Positions 40,489 through 50,704 of a stretch of DNA of 64,000 nt are shown piece by piece. A program made the position numbers and the translations under genes. The stretch is taken from contig JAQBYT010000005.1 in NCBI GenBank assembly GCA_027622665.1, positions 64,001-128,000 of the forward strand. The letters are read 5' to 3'. The notes beneath the pieces were generated by a model that had not been told where the DNA came from, searched no databases, and worked only from the letters and a program-made list of their open reading frames with translations. Each line of letters starts with the position of its first letter. Position 1 is the stretch's first letter. The stretch is from Verrucomicrobiota bacterium (GTDB taxonomy: Bacteria > Verrucomicrobiota > Verrucomicrobiia > Opitutales > Seribacteraceae).

Positions 40489-42555
40489 TTAATCTTTCTT
40501 AAAATGCTTGGGTCGGGGAATGTATTCTCCGCCTTCCCAGCGCAATTTGCGAAAGCGATCCACCTTTGACGAGGTCGCCGTGACATTCTCTGCGGCAAAG
40601 GCTTTGTCCGTCGAGTGATAATATCTGCTGTTCCAGCCGCTGACGTTGCTGGGAATGGACACGGTCGTACTAGTCTGGCCGCCCGCTTTCGGCATGCGGC
40701 TCTTGTGCTCGCGACTCTGCGCTTCGGCGTCGCGGAATTTTACCGTGACCACCTTATGCCAGTCGTCGAGCTTCTCGCCATGGACGTTCTCGAAGTCGTT
40801 CGGCTTCATGCGCAGAGTTTGCCAGCCCGCCTTCTCGAATTGGAAGTAGCCATAATAGAGAAACTGTCCGTTGTTTTGGCCCCTGAAGCGACGTCGGATC
40901 TCGATGCCGATCCAGCTCTCTGCCGCCGGCGAGTTGACGTCTATCACTAGTTCACTGCCTTTTGGCCCGATCCAGCGCGGGTCTACTAGCTTGCGGGTTT
41001 CGATCATCCAGTTCTTCGGCTTATCGAGGTTGCCGACCCAGTCGTGCAGACCACGCGAGAAGTCGTCGATTAGCCGCTGCGGCTTTTCGGTCGGCTTGAC
41101 GCCCGCAGCCGTCAATTCGTCGGGAATGGCTCGGTGATAGGTACTGCTGACCAGGAGGCCGGTTGTGCCGACCGTGTTCGGTGACTTGAAGTTGTGCTCA
41201 ATGTCGTAGGTGACATTGGCGTAGGCAAACAGTGGTTCGTCGTCGTAGAAGGTCGGGCACCGACCCTCCCAAACGCCGTTGTCCGTCTCCACTGCCACGG
41301 CGTCTGCCCAGTAGCGCAGTTGCGGCTGACGCCCATAGCTGTAATAGATATTCACCGAGCGAATCGGCAGTTTGCAATCTGCGTCCGACCGGACGCGAAA
41401 GCGTGGTACCCTGTCAGTCGTCTTCAGGATAAGCTCGCCCTGCGGTGTGCGCGGGAAAATGAAACCTGTCCTCTTTAGATGCTGCTCGAACCACATCTTG
41501 TCGGCGATGGCGGCCTCTGGGCTGGAACTGTGATTATAATGGGCGGGCATCACGAGCCGTTTGTCGACTCCCGGGGGCATAGAGTTCATGGCTCGCACAA
41601 CGTTGTCGGTAGGGGAATTAAAGTCGTTGGAAGCGGCCAGAAAGAGCAGAGGAGCATGCATGGCTTTCCAGTTCGCATCGCAACTGACGGTATCGAGAAA
41701 GAGCTGCTGCTGTGCTTTGTCCTCCATCCCTTCGTTGCCACGAGTATTCTGGACTAACCAAGGATAGTCCTCCCACCAGAATCCAGATCCGCCCATCGAG
41801 GGCACGACGGCCTTGAGGCGGGGATCGGTGGCTGTGCGGATGGTCATAACTCCCCCGGTGGAGTGTCCCCTAAATCCGAGTTTGGCGGGATCTACCTCGG
41901 GGCGACTCTGAAGAAAGGTCAACGCTCGGCGCATTCCCACCATTCGAAGGTACATGGCCTCGTTTCTCGGGCTGAGGATGTCGTCGATGGTATTCGGACC
42001 TGGTGCTAGACGTCCCTTTCCGTAGCGAACATCGGGCTTTCTCATCGCAGGATTAAATGAGCCATAGTACGTATTTGGCAAACCTTCGAATCGTTTATCC
42101 CAAGGCTGGGCTCCATTGTTGGGGCAAAAGGCAGCATAGCCATTCATTGCCCAGTTCTTGGGTCCGCCAATCGATGCCTTTTGCCCGCCTCCATGACAGA
42201 CGACTAGAGCCGGCAGGTCTCGATCGTATTTGCCTTTCGGGGCGGCGTAGAAACCCGCGAGCTTCAGCATCTCTCCCTTGAATTTTCCGATGTTAAATCG
42301 AACAAGGCGAAGTGTCACATCATGTTCCTCCCATGTTTTGAGAACTTCGGTTTCTAGAGAAGTGCTCTTGTTCATGGCGGGAAAATCGGCCCAGAGCTCT
42401 TCGAGGTTTTGAGGAATCTTTGGCTCTGAGAATGCCATCGAACCCGCGAATGCTAGGCATGCAAACCCTAGTGATCTTGCCCAAGCAGGAGAAATGAAAC
42501 CAAAGGCAAACAATGATAGAAGAAACAAGTGAATCATAGAAAAAAACTTTACCAT
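40489..42555 (-). CDS. Secreted dienelactone-hydrolase-like protein (paralogue of 20736-22772)
   Basis: HGGGQ, GHSTGG, SNDFNSP, HYNH, RLIDDFSRG. Confidence 0.8.
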   Translation of the reverse strand: MVKFFSMIHLFLLSLFAFGFISPAWARSLGFACLAFAGSMAFSEPKIPQNLEELWADFPAMNKSTSLETEVLKTWEEHDVTLRLVRFNIGKFKGEMLKLAGFYAAPKGKYDRDLPALVVCHGGGQKASIGGPKNWAMNGYAAFCPNNGAQPWDKRFEGLPNTYYGSFNPAMRKPDVRYGKGRLAPGPNTIDDILSPRNEAMYLRMVGMRRALTFLQSRPEVDPAKLGFRGHSTGGVMTIRTATDPRLKAVVPSMGGSGFWWEDYPWLVQNTRGNEGMEDKAQQQLFLDTVSCDANWKAMHAPLLFLAASNDFNSPTDNVVRAMNSMPPGVDKRLVMPAHYNHSSSPEAAIADKMWFEQHLKRTGFIFPRTPQGELILKTTDRVPRFRVRSDADCKLPIRSVNIYYSYGRQPQLRYWADAVAVETDNGVWEGRCPTFYDDEPLFAYANVTYDIEHNFKSPNTVGTTGLLVSSTYHRAIPDELTAAGVKPTEKPQRLIDDFSRGLHDWVGNLDKPKNWMIETRKLVDPRWIGPKGSELVIDVNSPAAESWIGIEIRRRFRGQNNGQFLYYGYFQFEKAGWQTLRMKPNDFENVHGEKLDDWHKVVTVKFRDAEAQSREHKSRMPKAGGQTSTTVSIPSNVSGWNSRYYHSTDKAFAAENVTATSSKVDRFRKLRWEGGEYIPRPKHFKKD

Positions 42556-42720
42556 GAATTTACCTTATATGATTTTGGAAAAGACCATTTTCTTCGATTT
42601 CAGAATTTTCAAATAGGGAAACCGCTATTGGTAGAGCTACAGCCTATTCTTTCCGAATCAAGGGGCGAAACATGAGCTTCTTTGACGGCGTCTTGGAGGA
42701 ACTTGAATCTTGGGTAGGCT

Positions 42721-43563
42721 CTACTTGCGGCGCAAGGGAAATTTGCGATTTGAGATCGGCACGCGGATGGAGTTTAACTCTTTGCGATCCAAGGCTCCGT
42801 CTTTGTTGCGGTCTGCGTCACGTATAAGCCCGGACAATTCTTCCAGTTCGACCTTCCCGTTTTTATTGGCGTCATATTGCATGAGGTGATCGGCTAACCC
42901 CGATCGACCGAATGGCGGGCCACCGGGCCGTTTCGTGAGATCCGTCGGTCGAGAGGAAGCTTTCTCTTGATTGGACTTTTCAAGCTCTGCCTTGCGTGCG
43001 GAAATTCGTTTTTCAGGTGACGGCCTGTCGTATCGGGCCCATTTTCCCCAGACTTTCAAGTATTCCGGGATATGGAGGATGCCGTTTCTATCCGTGTCGA
43101 GATCCACAAAAACCTGTGCGGCCAATTTCTTGTCGGGCATGGCATGCTTGATGAACTCCGTGCGCTCCACCTTGCCATCCTTGTTTGCGTCCATGGCTTG
43201 GACGATCGTCTTTGCCTCGTCGGTGATGATTCGATTAAGTACGTATTCGGCTCTCGATACGCATCCATCCCGATCGTTGTCGGAAGCATTGAATATTCCT
43301 GCCCGCGATTGCGGATTTAGGTATTTCCCGTTGTCGACGTACTCGACTTTCGAATGCCTGCCATCGTTGTTCTTGTCCGTAAAGTCGAAGAATCTCGAGT
43401 ATCCCTCGATCTTCTGAAGATCGACCCCAGCTTCCATTTTCGCCCCGAGTGGACCCAAGGGGGTCCCCGGCTTAAAACCTTCCGGTCTGATTGATTTCGC
43501 ACAGGTGGCATGAAGGGCAAGGAACAGTAAAATGGAGTGAGTGAGGGGGTGCAGGGCGTTCAT
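42721..43563 (-). CDS. Secreted EF-hand protein (about six loops)
   Basis: DKNNDGRHSKVE, DNDRDGCVSRAE, DANKDGKVERTE, DTDRNGILHIPE, DANKNGKVELEE, DRNKDGALDRKE. Confidence 0.85.
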   Translation of the reverse strand: MNALHPLTHSILLFLALHATCAKSIRPEGFKPGTPLGPLGAKMEAGVDLQKIEGYSRFFDFTDKNNDGRHSKVEYVDNGKYLNPQSRAGIFNASDNDRDGCVSRAEYVLNRIITDEAKTIVQAMDANKDGKVERTEFIKHAMPDKKLAAQVFVDLDTDRNGILHIPEYLKVWGKWARYDRPSPEKRISARKAELEKSNQEKASSRPTDLTKRPGGPPFGRSGLADHLMQYDANKNGKVELEELSGLIRDADRNKDGALDRKELNSIRVPISNRKFPLRRK

Positions 43564-43570
43564 GGAATTG

Positions 43571-44806
43571 TTATTTTTTGCTTGGGTTCTCGAACCAGAT
43601 CACGCCCCATCCACCGTTCTCCTCGGTGGTGACGACATCGAAGTCCCCGTCGCCGTCGAGATCACCGAGCCAGGCATTGTCCATCTTCTTGCGGGTCTTG
43701 GAACCGGGTAGGGATACGGGGACGGCCTTCCAGTTTTTCGCTTCCATGGGATCACCCGAATAGGTCGTGGTCCAGATGTCGCCCTGCTTGGGGATGACCA
43801 GAATTTCGTTCTTCGCCGGATCCCCGTCGAGGTCCGTCACGACCACGCCCTTGGGGAAGTTGCCACTGGGTTGGTCGATGATGATTTCCTTGTATTCAGG
43901 TACGCCGCTCCGGTTGGTTCGAATGAGGACGATGAGCTTGCGGGCAAGTTTGCCGAGGCTGCCACCGGTAATGACGAAGTCCTCGATCTTGTCCCCGTTG
44001 ACATCCCCCATGGTCATGAACATGGGCTCGTGGTGAGTGTGCAGGGTCTTGCGTTTCCATGGACCGGTTACCTTGTCTTTGCCCGGGTTGACGTACCAGC
44101 AGATCTCGCGTCCACGGTCGGGCACGACCATGTCCATGTCACCGTCCCCGTCAAGATCGCGCATGATGCAGTTCATGGGCCAACGATTCTTGCCCATGAC
44201 GTGCTTTGTCCAGTTCTTCGCGTTATGCTTATCTGCCTTGGGCTGCCTGTACCATTCCTGGGAACCGACGATTAGGTCGTTGAGACCGTCGCCGTCTACA
44301 TCGGTTACGGTGGGTACTCGACGCTCGTAGTCGAAGAGCGTCATCTTGTTCCAAGCGGAGGCATCCTTGAGCTTGTCTTTACCCGGGTTGAAATAGACCC
44401 AACCCCCGTTGGCGACGTAATCGAGGTCACCGTCGCCATCGAGGTCCCCGATGCCGGAGTCTTCGCACTTCCCATGTTTGAACTCGATGAAATCCGTCCA
44501 TGGGCGCCTGACCTTCTTTGGTCCTGGATTGAAATAGAGTCTGCTGTACTTTCCTTCCTCGAAGTTGACGAACAGGTCATGGTGTCCGTCCTTGTCCCAG
44601 TCATGGATGTTGATGCCATCCGGTCCGTGATCCCTCGGGTCGGCTTGCACGACGTGACAACGCCAGCCGCTAGGTCCGGGTTTGCCGACGTACTGCTTCC
44701 AAGCGTCTTTCTTTTCGGCAAGTTTTTCTTTGGCAAATACCGTTCCAATAGCGAACATGCTAGTGACTACGATACCTGCACACCTGATAACATCTCTTCG
44801 ATTCAT
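43571..44806 (-). CDS. FG-GAP/VCBS repeat protein
   Basis: Repeated D(L/V)DGDG.D motifs; C-terminal WFENP. Confidence 0.88.
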   Translation of the reverse strand: MNRRDVIRCAGIVVTSMFAIGTVFAKEKLAEKKDAWKQYVGKPGPSGWRCHVVQADPRDHGPDGINIHDWDKDGHHDLFVNFEEGKYSRLYFNPGPKKVRRPWTDFIEFKHGKCEDSGIGDLDGDGDLDYVANGGWVYFNPGKDKLKDASAWNKMTLFDYERRVPTVTDVDGDGLNDLIVGSQEWYRQPKADKHNAKNWTKHVMGKNRWPMNCIMRDLDGDGDMDMVVPDRGREICWYVNPGKDKVTGPWKRKTLHTHHEPMFMTMGDVNGDKIEDFVITGGSLGKLARKLIVLIRTNRSGVPEYKEIIIDQPSGNFPKGVVVTDLDGDPAKNEILVIPKQGDIWTTTYSGDPMEAKNWKAVPVSLPGSKTRKKMDNAWLGDLDGDGDFDVVTTEENGGWGVIWFENPSKK

Positions 44807-44971
44807 ATTATTCTTCTCAGTATGCTTCGCACTCTTCGTTCTTCAAGTAATTCTTGGCTTGAAGACAATGTATTCGTTCGATGGTTGAAAGACTTATTCA
44901 AGTCAAGAGCTTGGCCAGCCGTTTGATTCGCTCGACTCTTACTGCTAATTAAAGTTCTAATCGATTTTCAT

Positions 44972-46119
44972 ATGAAGTCGGTCACAATGCTATCTTGTTG
45001 TATTTGCTCTTTTGCTTTTCAGGATCAAGCCGTCTTTGCGGTCTCGCGACTCAATGTCCTGTTCATTGCGATCGACGACTTGAGGCCGGAGCTAGGATGT
45101 TATGGTTCGCCCATTGCGAAGTCACCTGTACTCGATGCGCTTGCTGCTGATGGATTGCGTTTCAACCGGGCCTATTGTCAGTAAGCCATTTGCAGTCCTT
45201 CGCGAGCCAGCTTGATGACCGGAGCTAGGCCCGATACTATCCGCGTAGTCGAGAACACGGCCTATTTCCGAGAACTTAATCCGGTTATCGCAACCTTGCC
45301 CCAGCACTTCATCGCTAATGGTTACGAGGCTGTATATTGCGGGAAAATCTATCATGCCCGTATGACGGACAACGAGCATTCCTGGAGCCGCAAGCCTTCC
45401 TTCAATCGTTGTCCGGTTAAGAGGAAGTGGTTGCCCGGGAACTATGCTCTGCCGGAAAACCAGAAACTTTGGTCCGCAAACAAGGAGAAGATGCTCACCA
45501 AATACGGTAAAGAAGGCTCGGGAGGGCTGATCCATGGACCGGCGTCCGCTGACGTTCCCGACCATGCCTATGAGGACGGGTACCCGAGTGGCGATCGCCA
45601 CCTTGAAGGATCATCTGGAAACAAAGCCCAAGCAACCTCTTTTCCTCGCCCTTGGTTTTACCAAGCCCCACCTCGATTTCATCGCCCCCAAAAAATACTG
45701 GGACCTTTACGACCCAAAGGCAATCCAGTTGGCTATGCAAACCAAGGGACCAATGGGTGGGGCGGCGACCGGTTTGCATGCTTCCTTCGAGTTGCGCACC
45801 CGGCATGGTATTCCCAAGAAGGGCCCCATCGGGCCGGAATTGGCCAAGACCCTTCTTCACGGCTATTATGCCTGCGTCAGTTATGTTGACGCCCAGATCG
45901 GCTTGATGCTGGAAGCCTTGAATGAGGCCGGTATCCGGGAAAACACAGTGATCGTAGTCTGGGGTGACCATGGTTGGCATCTCGGAGACATGGGCATATG
46001 GGGCAAGGCGACCAACTACGATATTGCTACTCGCGTACCCCTAATAATTTGGACACCCGACATGAAGGTTCGCGGTAAGCCTACCAATGGACTGGTGGAG
46101 CTAGTCGATATGTACCCAC
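44972..46119 (+). pseudogene. Iduronate-2-sulfatase-like sulfatase with nonsense codon, frameshift and 3' truncation
   Basis: [25 protein letters not shown] (TAA 45182), frameshift ~45582, WGDHGWHLG, ends at ELVDMYP. Confidence 0.88.
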
Positions 46120-47416
46120 CGAAGCGATCGAGACTTCAGCAACACGGCCCTTATCGGGGAAATCCTTAAGCCAGCGAGGTATCGAACTTGGTGGTCCGGT
46201 AAACACCATGCGAGCTTCAATCCGCACGAGCGGGGGTTCGATCAATTTTCAGGATTTCTCGGAGGAGCGATCAACTTTTGGAATCCCGGAGACAAGGCAA
46301 GACAGGGCGAGGATGCCCCGGGTTGGGGGGCGGTCTACACCTGGGCATTTGATAACAAATGGGTAAAGCCTTACCTTCCCCCCAAGGGTTTTTATGCGAC
46401 CGATGCCTTTACCGATTGGGGCTTGGAATGGCTGGACGAAAAAGAGAGTACGGCTGACCCCTTCTTTATTTATTTGGCCTATAACGCGCCACACTGTGCC
46501 GCTCCATGCCCATCCCGATGACATCGCAAAGTACAAAGGAGTTTATGACTCGGGTTACGAAGCTATTCGGAAAGCTCGATACGAAAGACAGTTAGCGATC
46601 GGTTTGTTTAACGAAGTGGTGACTCCCCTGAGTGAACCGGAACCCAAGCCATGGACAACTCTATCTTCAAAAGAAAGAGACGAGGAAGCCCTGCGCATGG
46701 AAATTCATGCCGCCATGGTTGATCGATTGGATCAAAATGTCGGGCGTTTGCTCGGTAAGTTGCGTGAACTCGGAAAACTGGAAAATACATTGATCATCTT
46801 CTTGGTCGACAACGGAGCCAGTCACGAGAGGCCTAAAAGAGGAAAGAAAGACCCCGCTTCTACATGGGGAAGCGTGGGTTCCTTTGAAGCCATCGGGCAA
46901 TCATGGGCGAATGCCACCAATAGCCCGTTCAAAAAGTGGAAGGTGCAAGGAATGAAGGGAGGAATATGCACGCCCGTGATTGCGCATTGGCCCAACGGCA
47001 TTAAGGTTCCCAAAAAATCGATTTCCCGCGAACCTTGCCACTTGATTGATTTCGTGCCGACCTTTCCGGAGCTGGCAGGGGAACGATCGGTGTATCCGGG
47101 AAACCTTCCCGATTTGGACGGCATTAGCCTAACCCCGACCTTTACGGGGGGGAAGTTGCATAGGGGAAAGCCACTCTTTTTTCAATATGGTGGCTGGCAA
47201 GTCATCCGGGAAAATTCTTGGAAACTCGTCCAACACAAGAGCGATCCTTGGCAGTTGTATGACTTGAGCAGGGATCGCACGGAAACAAAAAACCTTGTCT
47301 CCGCTTATCCTGAACGGGTTTTACAAATGAAAACTCGCTGGGAAGATTGGGCCAAGGAAGTCGACCTCCAGGTTAAACGCCCAAAGAGTAAAAAGAAACC
47401 TACGAAAAAGAAATAG
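46120..47416 (+). pseudogene. Arylsulfatase lacking its N-terminus and catalytic Cys motif; frameshifted
   Basis: Manual translation IGEILKPARYRTWWSGKHH...RGFD...YATDAF...YLAYNAPH, frameshift ~46495 into PLHA...DNGA...LYDLS.DRTE. Confidence 0.85.
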
Positions 47417-47738
47417 CCTGAAACGAAACCCCATTTCCTTTGTTATTTTCTTCTTTTCCTTTCGGCTGTATTCACGGAGCTGAAATGCCAAAGTCGAGGA
47501 CTGGAAAGTAACCTAGGATCGCTCATCCCCTAAAGCTTGGTAGCTTCCACTGCAATAAGCCCGTCATTGGATTCGGAAAAAGTTATTTTCTGTCCTTTGT
47601 TTCCGGCGATAATCCCGAATTCAACTCCCGAAACGGGTCGCTCGCGGAAGAAATCCTCCTCTATAGTTTTTGACCGCTGGCACCAGTACCAGCGGTAGAG
47701 CAAGTTGTTCTTAAAGCGCTTTGCGAGGTGAGCCGTTC

Positions 47739-47900
47739 GGTTGGGCGACTACGAGTTTGCACTCTTCCTTTGAATTGCGAATTCGACACGGGATTCCACA
47801 GAAGCGCCCAATTGGCCCGGAGTTGGCTCGAGCGCTCGCCTGTGCAAGTTATTTCGTTGCCCGGATCGGCTTGATGCTGAAAGCATTGGAAGGAGCCGGT
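47739..47900 (+). pseudogene. Decayed fragment paralogous to sulfatase segment 45756-45932
   Basis: LHSSFELRIRHGIPQKRPIGPELA vs LHASFELRTRHGIPKKGPIGPELA; 15-nt deletion. Confidence 0.8.
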
Positions 47901-48695
47901 TCAGAGGGCCTTTTTCAAGTGCCCTGGCACATCGGTGGTTACTGATTCTACTCCGAGCGCTTTCAAGCGTTTGGCGGTTTTCAGATCGTTGACTGTCCAT
48001 ACGTGCCACTCGAAGCCTTCCTCTTGGATGCGCCTTGCCGTATGCTCGGGGATACCGTGGTGGGAGTCGAGCCCATCTGCCTTGGTTGAACTGAGCGTCT
48101 GGAGTACGGTCTCTAGGGAAGGAACCCAGTGACCTTCCTTATTTCGCTTGAAGTTTGAGAGCCAATAGACCTTGTGCTGGGGGGCCTTGATCTTGAGCAT
48201 TCGGACGACTTCTGTGTTGAAGCAAATCATCGTCACCTGTTCGTCATTAAGCTCGGATTTCTTGATTTCTTCGAGCAAAGGAGGGATGATTTCTTTTCCG
48301 CACTTAATCTCTATGAAGATTTTTTTGCCCGCTGGAATCGTCGCAAGCACCTCGGCAATCGTAGGGATTTTCGTGCCCGTGAATTTTCCTCCCTTGCCCA
48401 AACCAACATCCAGTTCCTGCAATTGAGCGAGGGTCGATCCCTTGACGATGAGTTTCCGGCCGGCTAGGCGTTCGGTGCTTTTGTCATGAATGCACACGAT
48501 TTCATTGTCCTTGGTGAGAAGAAAGTCGCCTTCAATCGCATCCGCCCCCTGTTCCCATGCCAGCATGAAGGCCGCTAAAGTGTTTTCAGGGGCATCTTGC
48601 GATGCGCCTCGATGAGCAACGACGAGAGGCTTGGCGTACAAGGCAGGAGCACATGCGAAGAAGGATGAAGCTACCACTAGGGGTATTTTTATCAT
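47901..48695 (-). CDS. Glycerophosphodiester phosphodiesterase
   Basis: VAHRGAS..APENT, IEGD, HD, FIEIK, VWTVN, TTD. Confidence 0.92.
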   Translation of the reverse strand: MIKIPLVVASSFFACAPALYAKPLVVAHRGASQDAPENTLAAFMLAWEQGADAIEGDFLLTKDNEIVCIHDKSTERLAGRKLIVKGSTLAQLQELDVGLGKGGKFTGTKIPTIAEVLATIPAGKKIFIEIKCGKEIIPPLLEEIKKSELNDEQVTMICFNTEVVRMLKIKAPQHKVYWLSNFKRNKEGHWVPSLETVLQTLSSTKADGLDSHHGIPEHTARRIQEEGFEWHVWTVNDLKTAKRLKALGVESVTTDVPGHLKKAL

Positions 48696-48787
48696 CTCAC
48701 ATCGCTATAACCGCTCCATACTCAACGCGAGTCTGATCGAGATTGCCTGTCGCTTATCATTCATCTATCCCCATACAAAACACTTAG

Positions 48788-49549
48788 ATGAACTCAACAA
48801 CTCCATCCCTTTGCAGGAGGCTAACCATTTTCCTTGTTTTCCTGTTGTGCCTTATCAATCTCGCCGCCGAAAAGAAGAATCCCGGAACCGTGGTCTTAAC
48901 CTTCGACGACTCAGTCGCCAGTCAGGCTACCTATGTTGCTCCACTGCTTAAGAAGTATGGCTTTGGAGCGACCTTCTTCATCACCGAAGGCTTCGACTTT
49001 GCCAAGGACAAGAAGAATTACATGACTTGGGAACAAATCAAGAAGCTCCATGCGGACGGCTTTGAGATCGGTAACCACACTCGCAGGCACCTGACGGTGA
49101 CCAGACAAACAGCCGAGCAAATGAATGCCGATGTCGAGTATATCGAGAAGCAATGCGAAAAACACGGAATACCCAAACCTGTCAGCTTTTGCTATCCTGC
49201 TTACCAGACAAGTGACCGAGCCGTAGGCATTTTGCGTGTCAGAGGCTACCGCTTTGCCCGTACCGGGGGATCTCGGGCTTACGATCCAGTCAGGGATGAC
49301 CCACTCCTCATGCCGCAAGCCTTCGACGGCAAACCGAAGAGCACGCTCGAGCAGTTCAAGGAGGCGGTAGCCAAGGCAGTCGACGGCAAGATCGCGGTGA
49401 TGACTTTTCATGGGGTCCCCGACGTCCAGCACCCTTGGGTGAACACTGACCCGAAGAAATTCGAGGCTTACATGAAGCATTTGAAAGATGCTGGCTGTCA
49501 AGTCATCGCCTTGCGGGATCTAAAAGTTTCCAAGCCATCCGAAAAGTAA
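48788..49549 (+). CDS. Polysaccharide deacetylase (CE4)
   Basis: LTFDD, GATFF, EIGNHT..H, FCYP, MTFHG. Confidence 0.9.
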   Translation: MNSTTPSLCRRLTIFLVFLLCLINLAAEKKNPGTVVLTFDDSVASQATYVAPLLKKYGFGATFFITEGFDFAKDKKNYMTWEQIKKLHADGFEIGNHTRRHLTVTRQTAEQMNADVEYIEKQCEKHGIPKPVSFCYPAYQTSDRAVGILRVRGYRFARTGGSRAYDPVRDDPLLMPQAFDGKPKSTLEQFKEAVAKAVDGKIAVMTFHGVPDVQHPWVNTDPKKFEAYMKHLKDAGCQVIALRDLKVSKPSEK

Positions 49550-49623
49550 CTGCTCGCGACCAAAATTATCGGACGGAGTACGAATCAAGGTGACGCTCGA
49601 TGAAGACACTTGTGTTGGGATAC

Positions 49624-49663
49624 TCGAAGTGCAGGTTGTCTTCGAAGTGCAGGTTGTCTTCGA
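49624..49663. repeat. Perfect 18-bp tandem duplication TCGAAGTGCAGGTTGTCT x2 plus TCGA
   Basis: Directly visible in intergenic sequence. Confidence 0.9.
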
Positions 49664-49819
49664 GCACTGACCTGATCCTGCAAGTTTGAGTCGGTTCCGT
49701 ATCGAAACGATTGGTCAAGGACTTCGTTTGTTGCCTTACCGGACTGTATAGCAACATATAAATGTCCTAAATCTTGACGCTTTTGATATTTGAGTGTTAG
49801 TTGAAGTTTCAATTTAGCA

Positions 49820-50614
49820 ATGAGTAGTCCATCTTCTGAAAATCGTTATCAAGTGCCGGGCTTGGACCGTGCTCTTTCTGTTATCGAATTGTTGAACAAG
49901 CATCCCGAGGGATTGCTCGTAAATGAGATGTCGGAGTTGTTAGGTTTCCCTACTAATAGCGTCTACCGCATCATGCACACACTCGAGCGGCGTGCTTATG
50001 CTAGAAAAAACCCCAACGGTTCCGGTTACGTGCTTTCGGAAAAGTTTCTCACTCTGGCGACTCCTGTTGCCGGTGATCCGGGATTTCTCGAAAATGCCTT
50101 GCCCGTTATGAGGCGACTGCGGGATCTGACAAAGGAGACGGTATTGGCGGGTGTGTTGCTGGAAGATAGTGGCGTTGTTTTGGAGCAAGTGCCCGGATTG
50201 CATAATTTTTGCTTCAAGGTGAACCCCGGATTGCGCTTTCACCTCCATTGCGCTGCACCCGGGAAGGCGATGCTGGCAGCATTGCCTTTCGACGAAAGGG
50301 AAAAATTCATAAGCAACATGGATTTTCCTCGTTTTAACGACAGGACCATAACTTCGCAAAAAGACTTTGCCGAGGAGCTTAATAAGTCTAGAGATCTAGG
50401 CTATTCGGTAGATCATGCGGAGGAGATCGAAGGTCAGCACTGTATAGGTGCTGCGGTATTGGATCGTCGGGGCTATCCAGTCGGTTCGATTTGGATTACG
50501 GGTCCATCTGTACGAATAGAGGAAAAGGATTTCCATCAAATCGGTGGCCAAATTCGTGACCACGCAGATCAAATTTCGCACGCCCTTGGTTACGTATCCT
50601 TCCAGGTAGCCTAA
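49820..50614 (+). CDS. IclR-family transcriptional regulator
   Basis: VPGLDRAL HTH, LHCAAPGKAML, GYSVD.AE. Confidence 0.93.
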   Translation: MSSPSSENRYQVPGLDRALSVIELLNKHPEGLLVNEMSELLGFPTNSVYRIMHTLERRAYARKNPNGSGYVLSEKFLTLATPVAGDPGFLENALPVMRRLRDLTKETVLAGVLLEDSGVVLEQVPGLHNFCFKVNPGLRFHLHCAAPGKAMLAALPFDEREKFISNMDFPRFNDRTITSQKDFAEELNKSRDLGYSVDHAEEIEGQHCIGAAVLDRRGYPVGSIWITGPSVRIEEKDFHQIGGQIRDHADQISHALGYVSFQVA

Positions 50615-50704
50615 GATGATCGTTGTCATGGCTAATATAGATAATTTTCCTAATAATTGTTTGATTTCCAAAAAATTATGATCACAGCATTCCTTCCGAA
50701 AAAC

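Noticed and set aside
42721..43563. Lanmodulin-like lanthanide binder paired with the PQQ enzyme
   Set aside because: Loops lack the D-P-D-x-D-G-T pattern, and the PQQ protein looks glucose/quinate type rather than XoxF/ExaF
11907..45184. Stop-codon readthrough or alternative genetic code in sulfatases
   Set aside because: Stops are of all three types, co-occur with frameshifts, and intact genes end normally in TAA, TAG and TGA
45756..47900. Sulfatase segment and its diverged copy as a DGR template/variable repeat pair
   Set aside because: Mismatches are not adenine-specific, many are synonymous third positions, there is a deletion, and no reverse transcriptase is present
49624..49663. CRISPR array
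   Set aside because: Two abutting units with no spacers and no cas genes
9600..49700. Integron or cassette array explaining the gene patchwork
   Set aside because: No integrase, no recurring attC-like element seen between genes, and mixed orientations
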